Source: a virus. Taken from it: DNA of 64,000 bases. Every line of letters starts with the position of its first letter. The first letter of the stretch is position 1. Made by a program: the position numbers and the translations under genes. A model generated the notes under the pieces. The model saw only the letters and a list, made by a program, of their open reading frames with translations. It was not told the origin of the DNA and ran no database searches. The DNA is taken from IMG/VR virus record IMGVR_UViG_3300013117_000371. The stretch is one strand, 5' to 3'. Positions 1-8,247 of this stretch are shown piece by piece.

Positions 1-227
1 CAGGTGAAGAAAAGGTAGGTGCCGCCGTTGTAAGGCGGCGCCACCAAGACATAGTTTAGGGCCCCCTCATCGGCAAGCGTGAGCGCCTTCACCTCCTCCG
101 CCGGCTTGGCGGTGAAAGTGGGGAAGGACGCCACGTACCCATCCAAGACCAGGGCGGCCAACTCCCGCTCCTCGTTCGAGTGGTGTTCATGGCTGAGTAG
201 AATCGCCCGTGCTTCTGTTGTGTTCAT
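1..227 (-). CDS. hypothetical protein, runs off window start
   Basis: Read manually: ATG at 227 with GGAGG upstream; MNTTEARAILLSHEHHSNEERELAALVLDGYVASFPTF..., open to base 1. Confidence 0.65.
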   Translation of the reverse strand, partial: MNTTEARAILLSHEHHSNEERELAALVLDGYVASFPTFTAKPAEEVKALTLADEGALNYVLVAPPYNGGTYLFFT

Positions 228-296
228 GTCCGTAATGCCTCCATGTTAGATGCGCTCTCGTCGACGGGCGCCTCTCAAGGGGAAACGCCTCTCTCT

Positions 297-593
297 TCAG
301 GCTCCCTCCTCGGGAGGCGGTTCCCACGACCTCACACGGGTGAAGGCTTCCCTGGGAAGCTCTCGCCACGTCGCCCCATCCTTAGCCAAGGTGGCGGAGA
401 AGAAGTTTGTCGGTCCCGCCTCCGCCCGGCGGCCCCCCTCCCAGTCGAAACGCTCGATCACCGACCGGGACTGCCTGACCACCAGGTCCCACCCCGGCTC
501 GCTGATGTATCTCTTCCGGAAACTACTCAGGATGGCTACTACCGTATCGAAGTGCTCCGCCCGTTCTTTCGGCGTAAGTTCGTGCTCGCTCAT
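297..593 (-). CDS. hypothetical protein
   Basis: ORF in minus-strand operon; start taken at MSEHEL directly after upstream stop. Confidence 0.65.
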   Translation of the reverse strand: MSEHELTPKERAEHFDTVVAILSSFRKRYISEPGWDLVVRQSRSVIERFDWEGGRRAEAGPTNFFSATLAKDGATWRELPREAFTRVRSWEPPPEEGA

Positions 594-595
594 GA

Positions 596-1585
596 TTACT
601 CCTCCAGGTTGGGCGGCGCCAGGCAATCCCAATGCAAGATGTCGCCGGGAGGCCGCTTGGGGCTATCCGTGTAAGGAGGACCTACCCGGCCTTCGGCCAG
701 CTCGGGAGGGCCGTAATTGAGGTAGTACTCAAGGCGGGTGGCGGCAGCCTGCCGCTCAACCTCCTGCACGTCCACATCCGGGGGGAGTGGTCGACACCGG
801 CTGCGTTGGACGTCTATGATGGAGTAGTGCCGAAGGACGTCCACCATCACCCGGGCTCGGGCTTCTGTGGCCTCCCAGCACTCCTTGTAGTCCGGGTACT
901 CCGTCTTCACCGTGCCCAATATCTCCCGCAGACGGACGTAGGCTTGGGAGAGCTCGGCCTCCGCATCCCGCATCCTGTCGAACTCCCCCTGCAAGACCCG
1001 GAGCTCCTTCTCCTTTGAACGCAAAGCGTCGGCCAAGGAGGGCTCAGTGATAACGGCAGGCACTCTCCCCTCGCCGAGGAGGTTGGCTTCGCTGATCAGC
1101 TTCGCACACACAGAGCCCCAAAACTCCATCACCCGCATGGCGGGAAGGAAGACCTTTTTCTGCGTACACCCCCCCGGTAACTCGTGGATCACCCCCAAGT
1201 GAGGGAGTTGCGGCGTCCTGGTCAACTCCTCCAGGTAGAGGAAGTGATTTTTCCATGTGACCTCGTAGACGTCGCACTCCCCGTCCTGCACGTTGCGGGC
1301 GATCTGCGTCACCAAAACGTTGTAGAGGGAGGAGCGGTAGTTGCGGTAGTGAGTGTCGGTGTGCGGCTCGTACCGCCACTGCGGGTGCTCCTCAAGTTCG
1401 CTGAGCGTCGCCTTCGCCTCCTTGAACTGGGGGACGGGGACCACGTAAAGATCCAGCAGTTTCACTGCTTGCGCCGCCGCTCCGCCCTCTTCCAGGGAAC
1501 CCAGAAGCAGCTCCCGCAAGTCCCGGGAGGAGGGGGACTTCCCCAACGTCTTCCGTCCGCCTCTGCCTTCTCTCTGTTCCTCCAC
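596..1585 (-). CDS. hypothetical protein with coiled-coil segment
   Basis: 329-aa ORF, AGGAGG RBS, heptad-like stretch LRSKEKELRVLQGEFDRMRDAEAEL. Confidence 0.75.
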   Translation of the reverse strand: MEEQREGRGGRKTLGKSPSSRDLRELLLGSLEEGGAAAQAVKLLDLYVVPVPQFKEAKATLSELEEHPQWRYEPHTDTHYRNYRSSLYNVLVTQIARNVQDGECDVYEVTWKNHFLYLEELTRTPQLPHLGVIHELPGGCTQKKVFLPAMRVMEFWGSVCAKLISEANLLGEGRVPAVITEPSLADALRSKEKELRVLQGEFDRMRDAEAELSQAYVRLREILGTVKTEYPDYKECWEATEARARVMVDVLRHYSIIDVQRSRCRPLPPDVDVQEVERQAAATRLEYYLNYGPPELAEGRVGPPYTDSPKRPPGDILHWDCLAPPNLEE

Positions 1586-1653
1586 GACTCCCTCCTATGG
1601 TCTACTGCAATGACACACACCCATATACGACGCACCGCCACGTGCCCCGAAAG

Positions 1654-1701
1654 GGGGAGCCCCTGTAGGGAGAGCGGAATCACCCCCTGCAGGGGCTCCC
1701 C
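1654..1701. repeat. 17-bp inverted repeat (one mismatch) in 5' leader
   Basis: GGGGAGCCCCTGTAGGG (1654-1670) versus CCCTGCAGGGGCTCCCC (1685-1701). Confidence 0.85.
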
Positions 1702-1717
1702 ACTAGCGCACAACTAC

Positions 1718-1746
1718 TTTCTACCGCACATGCCCCGACGTGTAAA
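1718..1746 (-). promoter_or_regulatory. sigma70-like promoter TTTACA-N17-TAGAAA
   Basis: Consensus-like hexamers with 17-bp spacer in the intergenic gap upstream of the 1585 start. Confidence 0.5.
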
Positions 1747-1764
1747 GGGAAATGTTAAACAAAG

Positions 1765-2322
1765 TTACTGCAACGACGCCATCAGTCCCTCGCGGGCCTT
1801 CAGCCAGCCTTTGCGGGCCTTGCCCCCGACAGCAAAGTCGCCGCTGCCGGACATCCAGATGACAGCGTCCCGGAGCTCGTGAAGCAGCGCCTCCCGGCAC
1901 ACACTGTCCTCGAGCCCCCGCTCCCAAGCCCGGACGTTGGCCGAATCCAGGTCCAACCCCCGGGCCTGGGCGAACTTCCGGAGGAGGGTCACCAAGATGG
2001 AGGGGGAGTGCTTCTTCCCCACTTTGATGGTCTTGCCCCCGCTCAAGTAGGCAGCGAAGTCGAAGAGGGCGCCGGCGACGTCCGCGTCCCTGGTTTCCTT
2101 GGTGGTGGGGAAGAGCTTCAGGGCAGCCATAAGGGCCCCCCTGTCAATGAAGATGCGGGTTTTCCTGCTCAAAGTGCGAATGTCCACGTACCTGTCGGTG
2201 GGGGACTTGGAGGCCTCCAGGTCCCCGCCAATGTGGGACCAGCGCCGCTTCCTGGCCGCCGCCAGGCGGTCCCGGAGCTTGTCCTGGAGGATGTCCGCTA
2301 CAGCGCCGAGGTTGTAGCCCAT
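1765..2322 (-). CDS. hypothetical protein
   Basis: ORF; start taken at MGYNLG behind GAGGGTGGA. Confidence 0.7.
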   Translation of the reverse strand: MGYNLGAVADILQDKLRDRLAAARKRRWSHIGGDLEASKSPTDRYVDIRTLSRKTRIFIDRGALMAALKLFPTTKETRDADVAGALFDFAAYLSGGKTIKVGKKHSPSILVTLLRKFAQARGLDLDSANVRAWERGLEDSVCREALLHELRDAVIWMSGSGDFAVGGKARKGWLKAREGLMASLQ

Positions 2323-2531
2323 TCCACCCTCGCTACCAATGGCGCCCAGATAACCTGGGCGACGAAGTCGATGAAGGCCCACATCTCCGGGCTCATCCTC
2401 CCTGAGGCGTAGTCTACCTCAACCTCCAGGGGATGTCCGGAATGGGCAAGGTTACTGCCGTGCAGGCGGTCGTACTCCCGCACAAAGTCCTTGTTGCCAA
2501 AGCAGTGCTGGACACACTCGGGGAAGGTCAT
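2298..2531 (-). CDS. hypothetical protein
   Basis: MTFPECVQHCFGNKDFVREYDRL..., ATGA overlap with upstream gene. Confidence 0.7.
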   Translation of the reverse strand: MTFPECVQHCFGNKDFVREYDRLHGSNLAHSGHPLEVEVDYASGRMSPEMWAFIDFVAQVIWAPLVARVEWATTSAL

Positions 2532-3019
2532 GCCCGCCCCTTCTTGCGCCGTTTCTTCGGCTGCAACCATGGTGCCGGAGCAACTACGGACAACGGGGGG
2601 TTCGTTACCAAGGAGGCGCAGAAGACAGAGCCCAGCTCCCCCTCTCCCCGCTCCTCCCTAGTCTCCCCGCCGACAAAAGGGAAGCGCAACTGCGCCATGA
2701 GGCCCTTCCCCGCCTCTTGACACACAAGAAGTGCGCTCGCAAACCCCAATGTCTCCTGCAAGGACGGGCCGCTATACTGAACCTGCCGAAGCTCCAACTC
2801 GCACCTCGTCGGCCCGTTCTTCACGGAGAACTCCCGGCACAAGCCGAGGGGGTAGTACTTCTTTCCCTTGTAGGAGGGCTCCCCCTTCATGAATGGGGGA
2901 TGGGCGTTACCTTCATACTCCACCGCCACCAAGAGGGTGGTGAGGGGCGAATCCCGCGAACTCCACTCCAGGCTCCCTTGAATCTCTTCGAAAAGGGTGC
3001 ATGTGCCTGCTTGCGTCAT
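2528..3019 (-). CDS. hypothetical protein
   Basis: 163-aa ORF with GGAGG RBS, coupled to downstream gene. Confidence 0.7.
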   Translation of the reverse strand: MTQAGTCTLFEEIQGSLEWSSRDSPLTTLLVAVEYEGNAHPPFMKGEPSYKGKKYYPLGLCREFSVKNGPTRCELELRQVQYSGPSLQETLGFASALLVCQEAGKGLMAQLRFPFVGGETREERGEGELGSVFCASLVTNPPLSVVAPAPWLQPKKRRKKGRA

Positions 3020-3099
3020 AACCTACCTCCATCGACTTCCTATCCTGCTCCTTGAGCCACAATGGCTACGTCTACAGGTACGTCTTCCTTGTTGAAGGT

Positions 3100-3657
3100 T
3101 CAAGCTTTGCCTCCATTTTTTCGCATTCTCTTGTACGCCCGGTACGCCCCGTACCCCAAGCCTCCCTCCAACGCGAACCGCCCTGGACGGGACACCGGGC
3201 CGAGGGCGTTGACGAGGACGCCCTTCCCGCTGCCTGTAGCTACCCCCACCCCGGCGCCGTAAAGGTGGGCCAGGACCTCCGACGTGCCCACAACGGGAAG
3301 AAGATGGAAACGCTCGTGCTCACGCAAACTGGCGGCTACTTTCTTGCCTTTAAGGCCTCGATGCAAATAGATACCCCTCCCCTTCCCACGACGTACTACA
3401 GTACCAAGCACACCCCGAGAAAACTTATCGGTGACGGCCCGCAACTGCCGCTTACTCCGCCAGAGCCGCACACGGCCAGCAAGCCCGTCCGACTTGTGTC
3501 TCTTGAGCAGCAGGCGAGCTATACGCCCCTGCAACACCTGCCGCTGCACCGCCTTGCTCAACCCTTTTCGCCCCACGTAACGCACCTTGGGGTTGGCTGC
3601 ATGCTTAATTCCGGCAAGCATCCCCTGAAAGACGGCCTCTTTGGCTAAGTCTCCCAA
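3100..3657 (-). CDS. basic putative virion protein with HExxH zincin-like motif
   Basis: REHERFH followed by SEVLAH; N-terminal KEA/KHA motifs; K/R-rich. Confidence 0.55.
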   Translation of the reverse strand: MGDLAKEAVFQGMLAGIKHAANPKVRYVGRKGLSKAVQRQVLQGRIARLLLKRHKSDGLAGRVRLWRSKRQLRAVTDKFSRGVLGTVVRRGKGRGIYLHRGLKGKKVAASLREHERFHLLPVVGTSEVLAHLYGAGVGVATGSGKGVLVNALGPVSRPGRFALEGGLGYGAYRAYKRMRKNGGKA

Positions 3658-3661
3658 TCAC

Positions 3662-4180
3662 CTACCTACGCACTAAAGCAAACCCTGACCGGCTCCGTTC
3701 CGCTTCCTTTCGAGCCTTCTCCGCCAACGCCGTATCCGCTTTGCCGAAAACCTTCCCCCCCGCCCGCAACGCAGACACCCCCGGGATGCCCCCAAGGAAG
3801 TTGGAAAGGATCGGGTGCCGGGGGGTGAAGGACCCGGGCTTGCCCCTGATTTTCTCCTTCCACCCCTTCCCGTGCTTCGCTGCGGCGGCCTGACGCAACC
3901 TCACCGTGGCGCCGATGCCGCTCAGAAGGGAGAGCACCCCCGCTGCCGCAAGGGCCTTGTACGGCGCCCCCCCTTTCAGTTTCTTGAGGGCCCTCACGTA
4001 GCCCTTACGGGTCAAGTGCTTCTTCCGCTTGAGCCGCTGTACCATACGCAGCTGCCCAACTCCGGCGGGGAGTCCCAGGAGAGCGCCTACGCCCAACGCC
4101 TTCGTCGTAGCATCGCTCTCCCCCACTTTCTCAAGGTCTTCCTGCGCTGCCAGGAAACCTCGCATGAATTCATTACTCAT
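3662..4180 (-). CDS. basic putative internal virion protein with hydrophobic Gly-rich segments
   Basis: FMRGF..EDLEKVG N-terminus; ALGVGALLGLPAGVG and ALAAAGVLSLLSGIG segments. Confidence 0.6.
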   Translation of the reverse strand: MSNEFMRGFLAAQEDLEKVGESDATTKALGVGALLGLPAGVGQLRMVQRLKRKKHLTRKGYVRALKKLKGGAPYKALAAAGVLSLLSGIGATVRLRQAAAAKHGKGWKEKIRGKPGSFTPRHPILSNFLGGIPGVSALRAGGKVFGKADTALAEKARKEAERSRSGFALVRR

Positions 4181-4257
4181 TATTCCTCCTGTAACTTCTC
4201 CACTTTCTCCGCACAAGGAGAATACACCGCCGGCGGGGGGTAGTCAACTTCGGGGGG

Positions 4258-4449
4258 CTACTTTTTCTTGAGTTGAGCAGCCAGCTTCCTCCTCAACGCC
4301 AACAACTTGAGCCTCAACGGCACCCCAATCGGCCCCGTGCCCTTGCCTCGGGCGAGGCCTCTACCTTGCCCCCAGCTGCGAAGCTTTTCGCCGGGGGTGG
4401 GGCACCCCGCCAGTTTCTCCAACTCCACCATAAACAGCTTGTCTTCCAT
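4258..4449 (-). CDS. small basic protein with ELEKLA motif
   Basis: MEDKLFMVELEKLAG...GRGLARGKGTGPIGVP; GGAGG RBS. Confidence 0.65.
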   Translation of the reverse strand: MEDKLFMVELEKLAGCPTPGEKLRSWGQGRGLARGKGTGPIGVPLRLKLLALRRKLAAQLKKK

Positions 4450-4462
4450 GACCAACCTCCCT

Positions 4463-4732
4463 TTACTTGAGTTTTAACCCCTTCCACAAGCTCATCCACC
4501 CAGCACGGGTCCAGAACTCTATCCTGTCGAGGGCCGCTTCTGAGCGTACCGTGTCCACGATGCGCACAACGGGGGCGTCTTCCGTTTGCTCCACCTGGTG
4601 CTTGAAGCGTAGCTTCTCCAACGCAATCTGGCTCTGCACCAACCTCAACCGGCGTTCCGCCCAGGTGCGTGAAAACAGCAACCCCAACACTATTACGGCC
4701 AAAATGACTACGGTTACCGCCATGACTTCCAT
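4463..4732 (-). CDS. small N-terminal transmembrane protein
   Basis: AVTVVILAVIVLGLLF helix followed by a charged region; GGAGG RBS. Confidence 0.7.
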   Translation of the reverse strand: MEVMAVTVVILAVIVLGLLFSRTWAERRLRLVQSQIALEKLRFKHQVEQTEDAPVVRIVDTVRSEAALDRIEFWTRAGWMSLWKGLKLK

Positions 4733-4753
4733 GAATCCCTCCGCAAATTAACC

Positions 4754-4884
4754 ATTCTGAGGTCCCCTTAAGGGGACCCCAGACCCTAGTCTGGCGAAAC
4801 AGCCCGGGGTCTGATTCCGCCAATTCTGAGGTCCCCGGCGCTTTAACGGCCCCTACGGGGCCTAGCGCCTTAAGGGGCCCTCAG
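4754..4884. repeat. palindrome and nested-hairpin intergenic cluster
   Basis: Perfect palindrome GGTCCCCTTAAGGGGACC 4761-4778; ATTCTGAGGTCCCC direct repeat at 4754 and 4823; nested stems 4826-4884. Confidence 0.8.
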
Positions 4885-5087
4885 GCCTTTTTTCTGGGGG
4901 CCATCTTCCCCGTAGCGCAGGTTTCGGCTTCCCCCTCCGTGTCGAACGGGCCGTACGTCCCGTCGCCACAGACCACTTGACGGGCGTGAATAAGCAGCCA
5001 CTCCTCCCCGTTCCTCACTGCCCACCACGCCATCTTCCCGGCGGACATGATTGCTACTGCCTTTCCAGCCAACGTTCTTGCCTGCAT
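4881..5087 (-). CDS. hypothetical protein
   Basis: 68-aa ORF with AAGGAGG RBS. Confidence 0.65.
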   Translation of the reverse strand: MQARTLAGKAVAIMSAGKMAWWAVRNGEEWLLIHARQVVCGDGTYGPFDTEGEAETCATGKMAPRKKA

Positions 5088-5120
5088 CCTCCTTACCCCC
5101 TATTGTTCGTGTCCTACTGC

Positions 5121-5153
5121 GAGTGCCCTACTACTATAAGGAGTAGGGCACTC
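5121..5153. repeat. perfect 12-bp hairpin
   Basis: GAGTGCCCTACT-actataagg-AGTAGGGCACTC. Confidence 0.9.
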
Positions 5154-5172
5154 CCTATATTGGGGTGTCTTA

Positions 5173-5310
5173 CTACGGGGACCTCCTGAGGAAGCCCTCA
5201 TTTTCTTCCTCCCCAGTAACCTGGGCAAGGTGTTCGTCGACGGGGGTAAGCGCGGGGGTTGGTCTATTCCCCGTCCCCTGGGTACCCCTTTCCCGTGTTT
5301 CCTCAGTCAT
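5173..5310 (-). CDS. possible 45-aa acidic peptide
   Basis: Read manually: MTEETRERGTQGTGNRPTPALTPVDEHLAQVTGEEENEGFLRRSP; no clear RBS. Confidence 0.35.
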   Translation of the reverse strand: MTEETRERGTQGTGNRPTPALTPVDEHLAQVTGEEENEGFLRRSP

Positions 5311-5366
5311 AGCAAGCACTTAACCCCTGTTTTCCATTAATAAAGGGTCCCCCTCTAAGGTGTAGA

Positions 5367-5403
5367 AGGTGAGCGTATACACACTACGTGTATACGCTCA
5401 CCT
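5367..5403. repeat. perfect 16-bp hairpin
   Basis: AGGTGAGCGTATACAC-actac-GTGTATACGCTCACCT. Confidence 0.9.
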
Positions 5404-5471
5404 CCTCACCTAGTTTTCGCCAAAAGTACCCCATTATGTAGGACACCCCCTACGTTGAAGTATCCTGAAAA

Positions 5472-6815
5472 TCAATTACTGGAGCCAACGCTCCGTACAC
5501 TGCGGGGGTTCTGCCACTGAAACTCAAAACAGCCACGGTCCATCTCCCGCCCACTAATCGGATTGTAATCGAGATCGTGGTCTCGCCCTGTAGCCCACAG
5601 CCCCGTATCCACACAGGGGCTATCCCCCCGCAAATGATAGTCATCCCCGGAAGCATCCACAAACAGCGGATCTACAGACAGATCTGAGGCGTCCACGGGC
5701 CAATTGCCCGAGTAATCACCATTGGCGGCGCAGTTATTAAGACTGACTGCCACAGCACCCACTCCGCACGAGAACTCGTCAGTAGTGCCTCCATCCGAAA
5801 TGCAGTTTTGAACGGTGCGTCCTCCTGCTACGGGAACGTCCCCGATATAGAATCCCCGGGAGCCGCCGACCATAGTGCAGTTCTCAATGGTGCTGTCCGG
5901 AGCCGCCGGGTCTACGAGTGTGCCTCCTATTTCAATCCCCCGGTCTACCGCTCCCACGGAAACGAAATCGTATGCCGACAGGTTGCTGAAATGAACACTG
6001 CGGCCATACGCCCCGAATCCAATGGTACGCCCATCCGCTGTGAGGCCATGCACGGTGCTGTCTGAGATCGTGCCGTACTCGCCGGGCATAGCTGCCCAGG
6101 GCCCTGTGAAATAGATGCCGTAAACGCGGTCCTCGGCGTACGAATTGCGGGCGATGCAGCCCCTTACCGTAGGGGCGACAGTCGTGGAATTGGCGTAGAT
6201 CAAAAAGGCATCTTTCCCCGCCCCGGTGATGGAGGCCCCCTCAACAATCGACAGCTCAATCACGGTGGAGGTGCTGCCCTCACATCTGATCCCGTACCAG
6301 TTCTGGTTGGTGGGGTCTACCGGGGAGTCCACCAGAACTTGCCTGATCGTGTTGCCCGTCCCTGTAATCACCAGAGTGGACTGGCCAACACCGACGGCCC
6401 CGTTGGCAGTCATCCTCAATCCGGCGAAGGTGTTCCCCGTACCCCCCACGGTGAAGGGCGTGGCTCCAATGTAGCCCGTCACCGTCAGCCGCCCTGTGGT
6501 GCTCTGAACGTCCACGTCCCATGTATTCGCTCCCGCTCCCCATGCCATGCAAGTGGCGGTCGCCCCCGTCCCATCGAGCGTGTAGTCCGCACCATAGTGA
6601 CGCCAGGTGATACCGGTGACGCCCACCGGGGTAGTGAGAGACTGGTTCAATTCAGTATAGGGGCCGTACGTCTCTACCGTGTCCCCGTTCACCAGCGCCG
6701 CAAAGCAAGTAGCAAGCGAGGTGTAGTCCTTCCCGGCTCCGACTGTGCGGGTAAGGGCGGCTGCTGATACAGGCAGCAGACAGAGAAACAAGAGTAAGAT
6801 TACCGTCCGTCTCAT
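5472..6815 (-). CDS. signal-peptide, right-handed parallel beta-helix (pectin lyase-like) protein with choice-of-anchor-Q-like C-terminus
   Basis: MRRTVILLLFLCLLPVSAAA signal; RTVGAGKDY start; repeated I.N.T/S strands; DPLFVD...DYHLRGDSPCVDTG. Confidence 0.75.
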   Translation of the reverse strand: MRRTVILLLFLCLLPVSAAALTRTVGAGKDYTSLATCFAALVNGDTVETYGPYTELNQSLTTPVGVTGITWRHYGADYTLDGTGATATCMAWGAGANTWDVDVQSTTGRLTVTGYIGATPFTVGGTGNTFAGLRMTANGAVGVGQSTLVITGTGNTIRQVLVDSPVDPTNQNWYGIRCEGSTSTVIELSIVEGASITGAGKDAFLIYANSTTVAPTVRGCIARNSYAEDRVYGIYFTGPWAAMPGEYGTISDSTVHGLTADGRTIGFGAYGRSVHFSNLSAYDFVSVGAVDRGIEIGGTLVDPAAPDSTIENCTMVGGSRGFYIGDVPVAGGRTVQNCISDGGTTDEFSCGVGAVAVSLNNCAANGDYSGNWPVDASDLSVDPLFVDASGDDYHLRGDSPCVDTGLWATGRDHDLDYNPISGREMDRGCFEFQWQNPRSVRSVGSSN

Positions 6816-7207
6816 GGCATCCCTCCAGGCGGCTCAACCGGGTCCGGCAGTGGTTCAGTATCCGGCATTCCGGGCACCCATACCATTTCGCCCTCTCGAT
6901 ACTCCCACCGTTGGAGAGGGACATCATCCGGCTCGAAACCCGCCGGCAACTCAACTTGGGCAACGCCAAAAGGAGAGACTCTTTCCGCCGGTCCCCACTC
7001 GTGGTCTTTTGGCTGTACGGTAACCACCAGCCTGGAATCTACCAGGAAGCAGATGGAGTGAGTGTACTGCTCAACTGCCCCTATTTCCTCTACGGCATCA
7101 ACACTGCCGGAAACAACCAGGTCGGCCGGGGCTGTTACGACGGCTACAGCGCCCAGAATACCGGCGATGCCCAAGGCTGCTATCGTGGCTGTTTTGCTCT
7201 TCTTCAT
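6812..7207 (-). CDS. signal/membrane-anchored hypothetical protein
   Basis: MKKSKTATIAALGIAGILGAVAVV N-terminus; coupled overlaps on both sides. Confidence 0.7.
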   Translation of the reverse strand: MKKSKTATIAALGIAGILGAVAVVTAPADLVVSGSVDAVEEIGAVEQYTHSICFLVDSRLVVTVQPKDHEWGPAERVSPFGVAQVELPAGFEPDDVPLQRWEYREGEMVWVPGMPDTEPLPDPVEPPGGMP

Positions 7208-8211
7208 CACAGGACCTCGTCACTGGCGTTATAGCTCTTGATGCGGACCAGCTTACCTTGAGCTGGAGCTACTGTGGTCGTCGGGACAATAACGATGAAG
7301 TATTTTGCCCTCGACCGAATCAACGAGTGCGCAACAGTGATAGTGGCGTAGTTCCTGGCCACTGTGAACGAAGGCACGAGCAAATACCCCACACTCATGT
7401 AGTCAGCAAGAGCGAAGGCCCCCGGCAAAACGTCCATGCCCAAGACCATGTAGGTGAACTGGTAGTTAGCAGCATCGGCCGCAATGCCGGTGATTGATAT
7501 GTCGTGAAACTCCTTGGTGGTCGGCACTTCGTAGACCTTGCCCAGAATCGGGACTGCTGGACCACCCGCCACGAAGTCGGCAACGGTAATGGTGCCCTTA
7601 TCCCCATCCGCCCCACCCGGCGCTGTGGGTTCGAGCCAACTTGCATCTTGCCCGGCGTCCAAACTGTCAACCAGTATCCCACGTGCGATATTCACAGGCA
7701 TGGACGCTCCCACAGCAGCAGCGCCCATAACAGGAGTTTTGCTGTCGAGGCTCGTAGTGTCCCCTGCAATGACTCCCGTGTCTGTATCAATGGTTGCCAG
7801 GGTAGCTTGGGTTGCGAGTGTTGCAGCTGTTGCTTCTGTTGCCAGCGTTGCAGCTGTTGCTTCAGTGCAGACACCGAGCAAGGTGGCTTCAAGGGCAAGT
7901 GTGCTCAAAGTTGCTTCTGTTCCGAGCGTCCCAACTGTTGCCTCCGTTGCCGCACTTACCAGGTTCCCCGAACCATCCTCCTGTACTACAGAGAGCGCAC
8001 CGGTACGACTGTCGATTGGGTTGTTCGCCCCATCGTGCACATTGGCGTCGCTGCCGGCGGCCGGGGATGAGCACTCAACCTTGGGCCACCCGGTGACGGG
8101 GTCAAATTCCAGGTAGTGCTGAGTGCCGTCCGTACCCCGAACAGATCCAATGTTCTGCCCGTAGGCTGTAGCGGAAAAAAGCACGATAAGCAGTGCAATA
8201 ATGTACCTCAT
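7207..8211 (-). CDS. signal-peptide protein with ATEAT/TLA repeats (putative fibre or surface protein)
   Basis: MRYIIALLIVLFSATAYG signal; tandem (A)TEATxxTL repeats at about 7790-7950. Confidence 0.7.
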   Translation of the reverse strand: MRYIIALLIVLFSATAYGQNIGSVRGTDGTQHYLEFDPVTGWPKVECSSPAAGSDANVHDGANNPIDSRTGALSVVQEDGSGNLVSAATEATVGTLGTEATLSTLALEATLLGVCTEATAATLATEATAATLATQATLATIDTDTGVIAGDTTSLDSKTPVMGAAAVGASMPVNIARGILVDSLDAGQDASWLEPTAPGGADGDKGTITVADFVAGGPAVPILGKVYEVPTTKEFHDISITGIAADAANYQFTYMVLGMDVLPGAFALADYMSVGYLLVPSFTVARNYATITVAHSLIRSRAKYFIVIVPTTTVAPAQGKLVRIKSYNASDEVL

Positions 8212-8247
8212 GAAACCACCTCCTCTAAAAATGTGTGTGTGTACGTC

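Noticed and set aside
7790-7950. Tandem DNA repeats as a DGR or CRISPR-like array
   Set aside because: In-frame coding repeats (ATEAT/TLA) without spacers; no reverse transcriptase in the window
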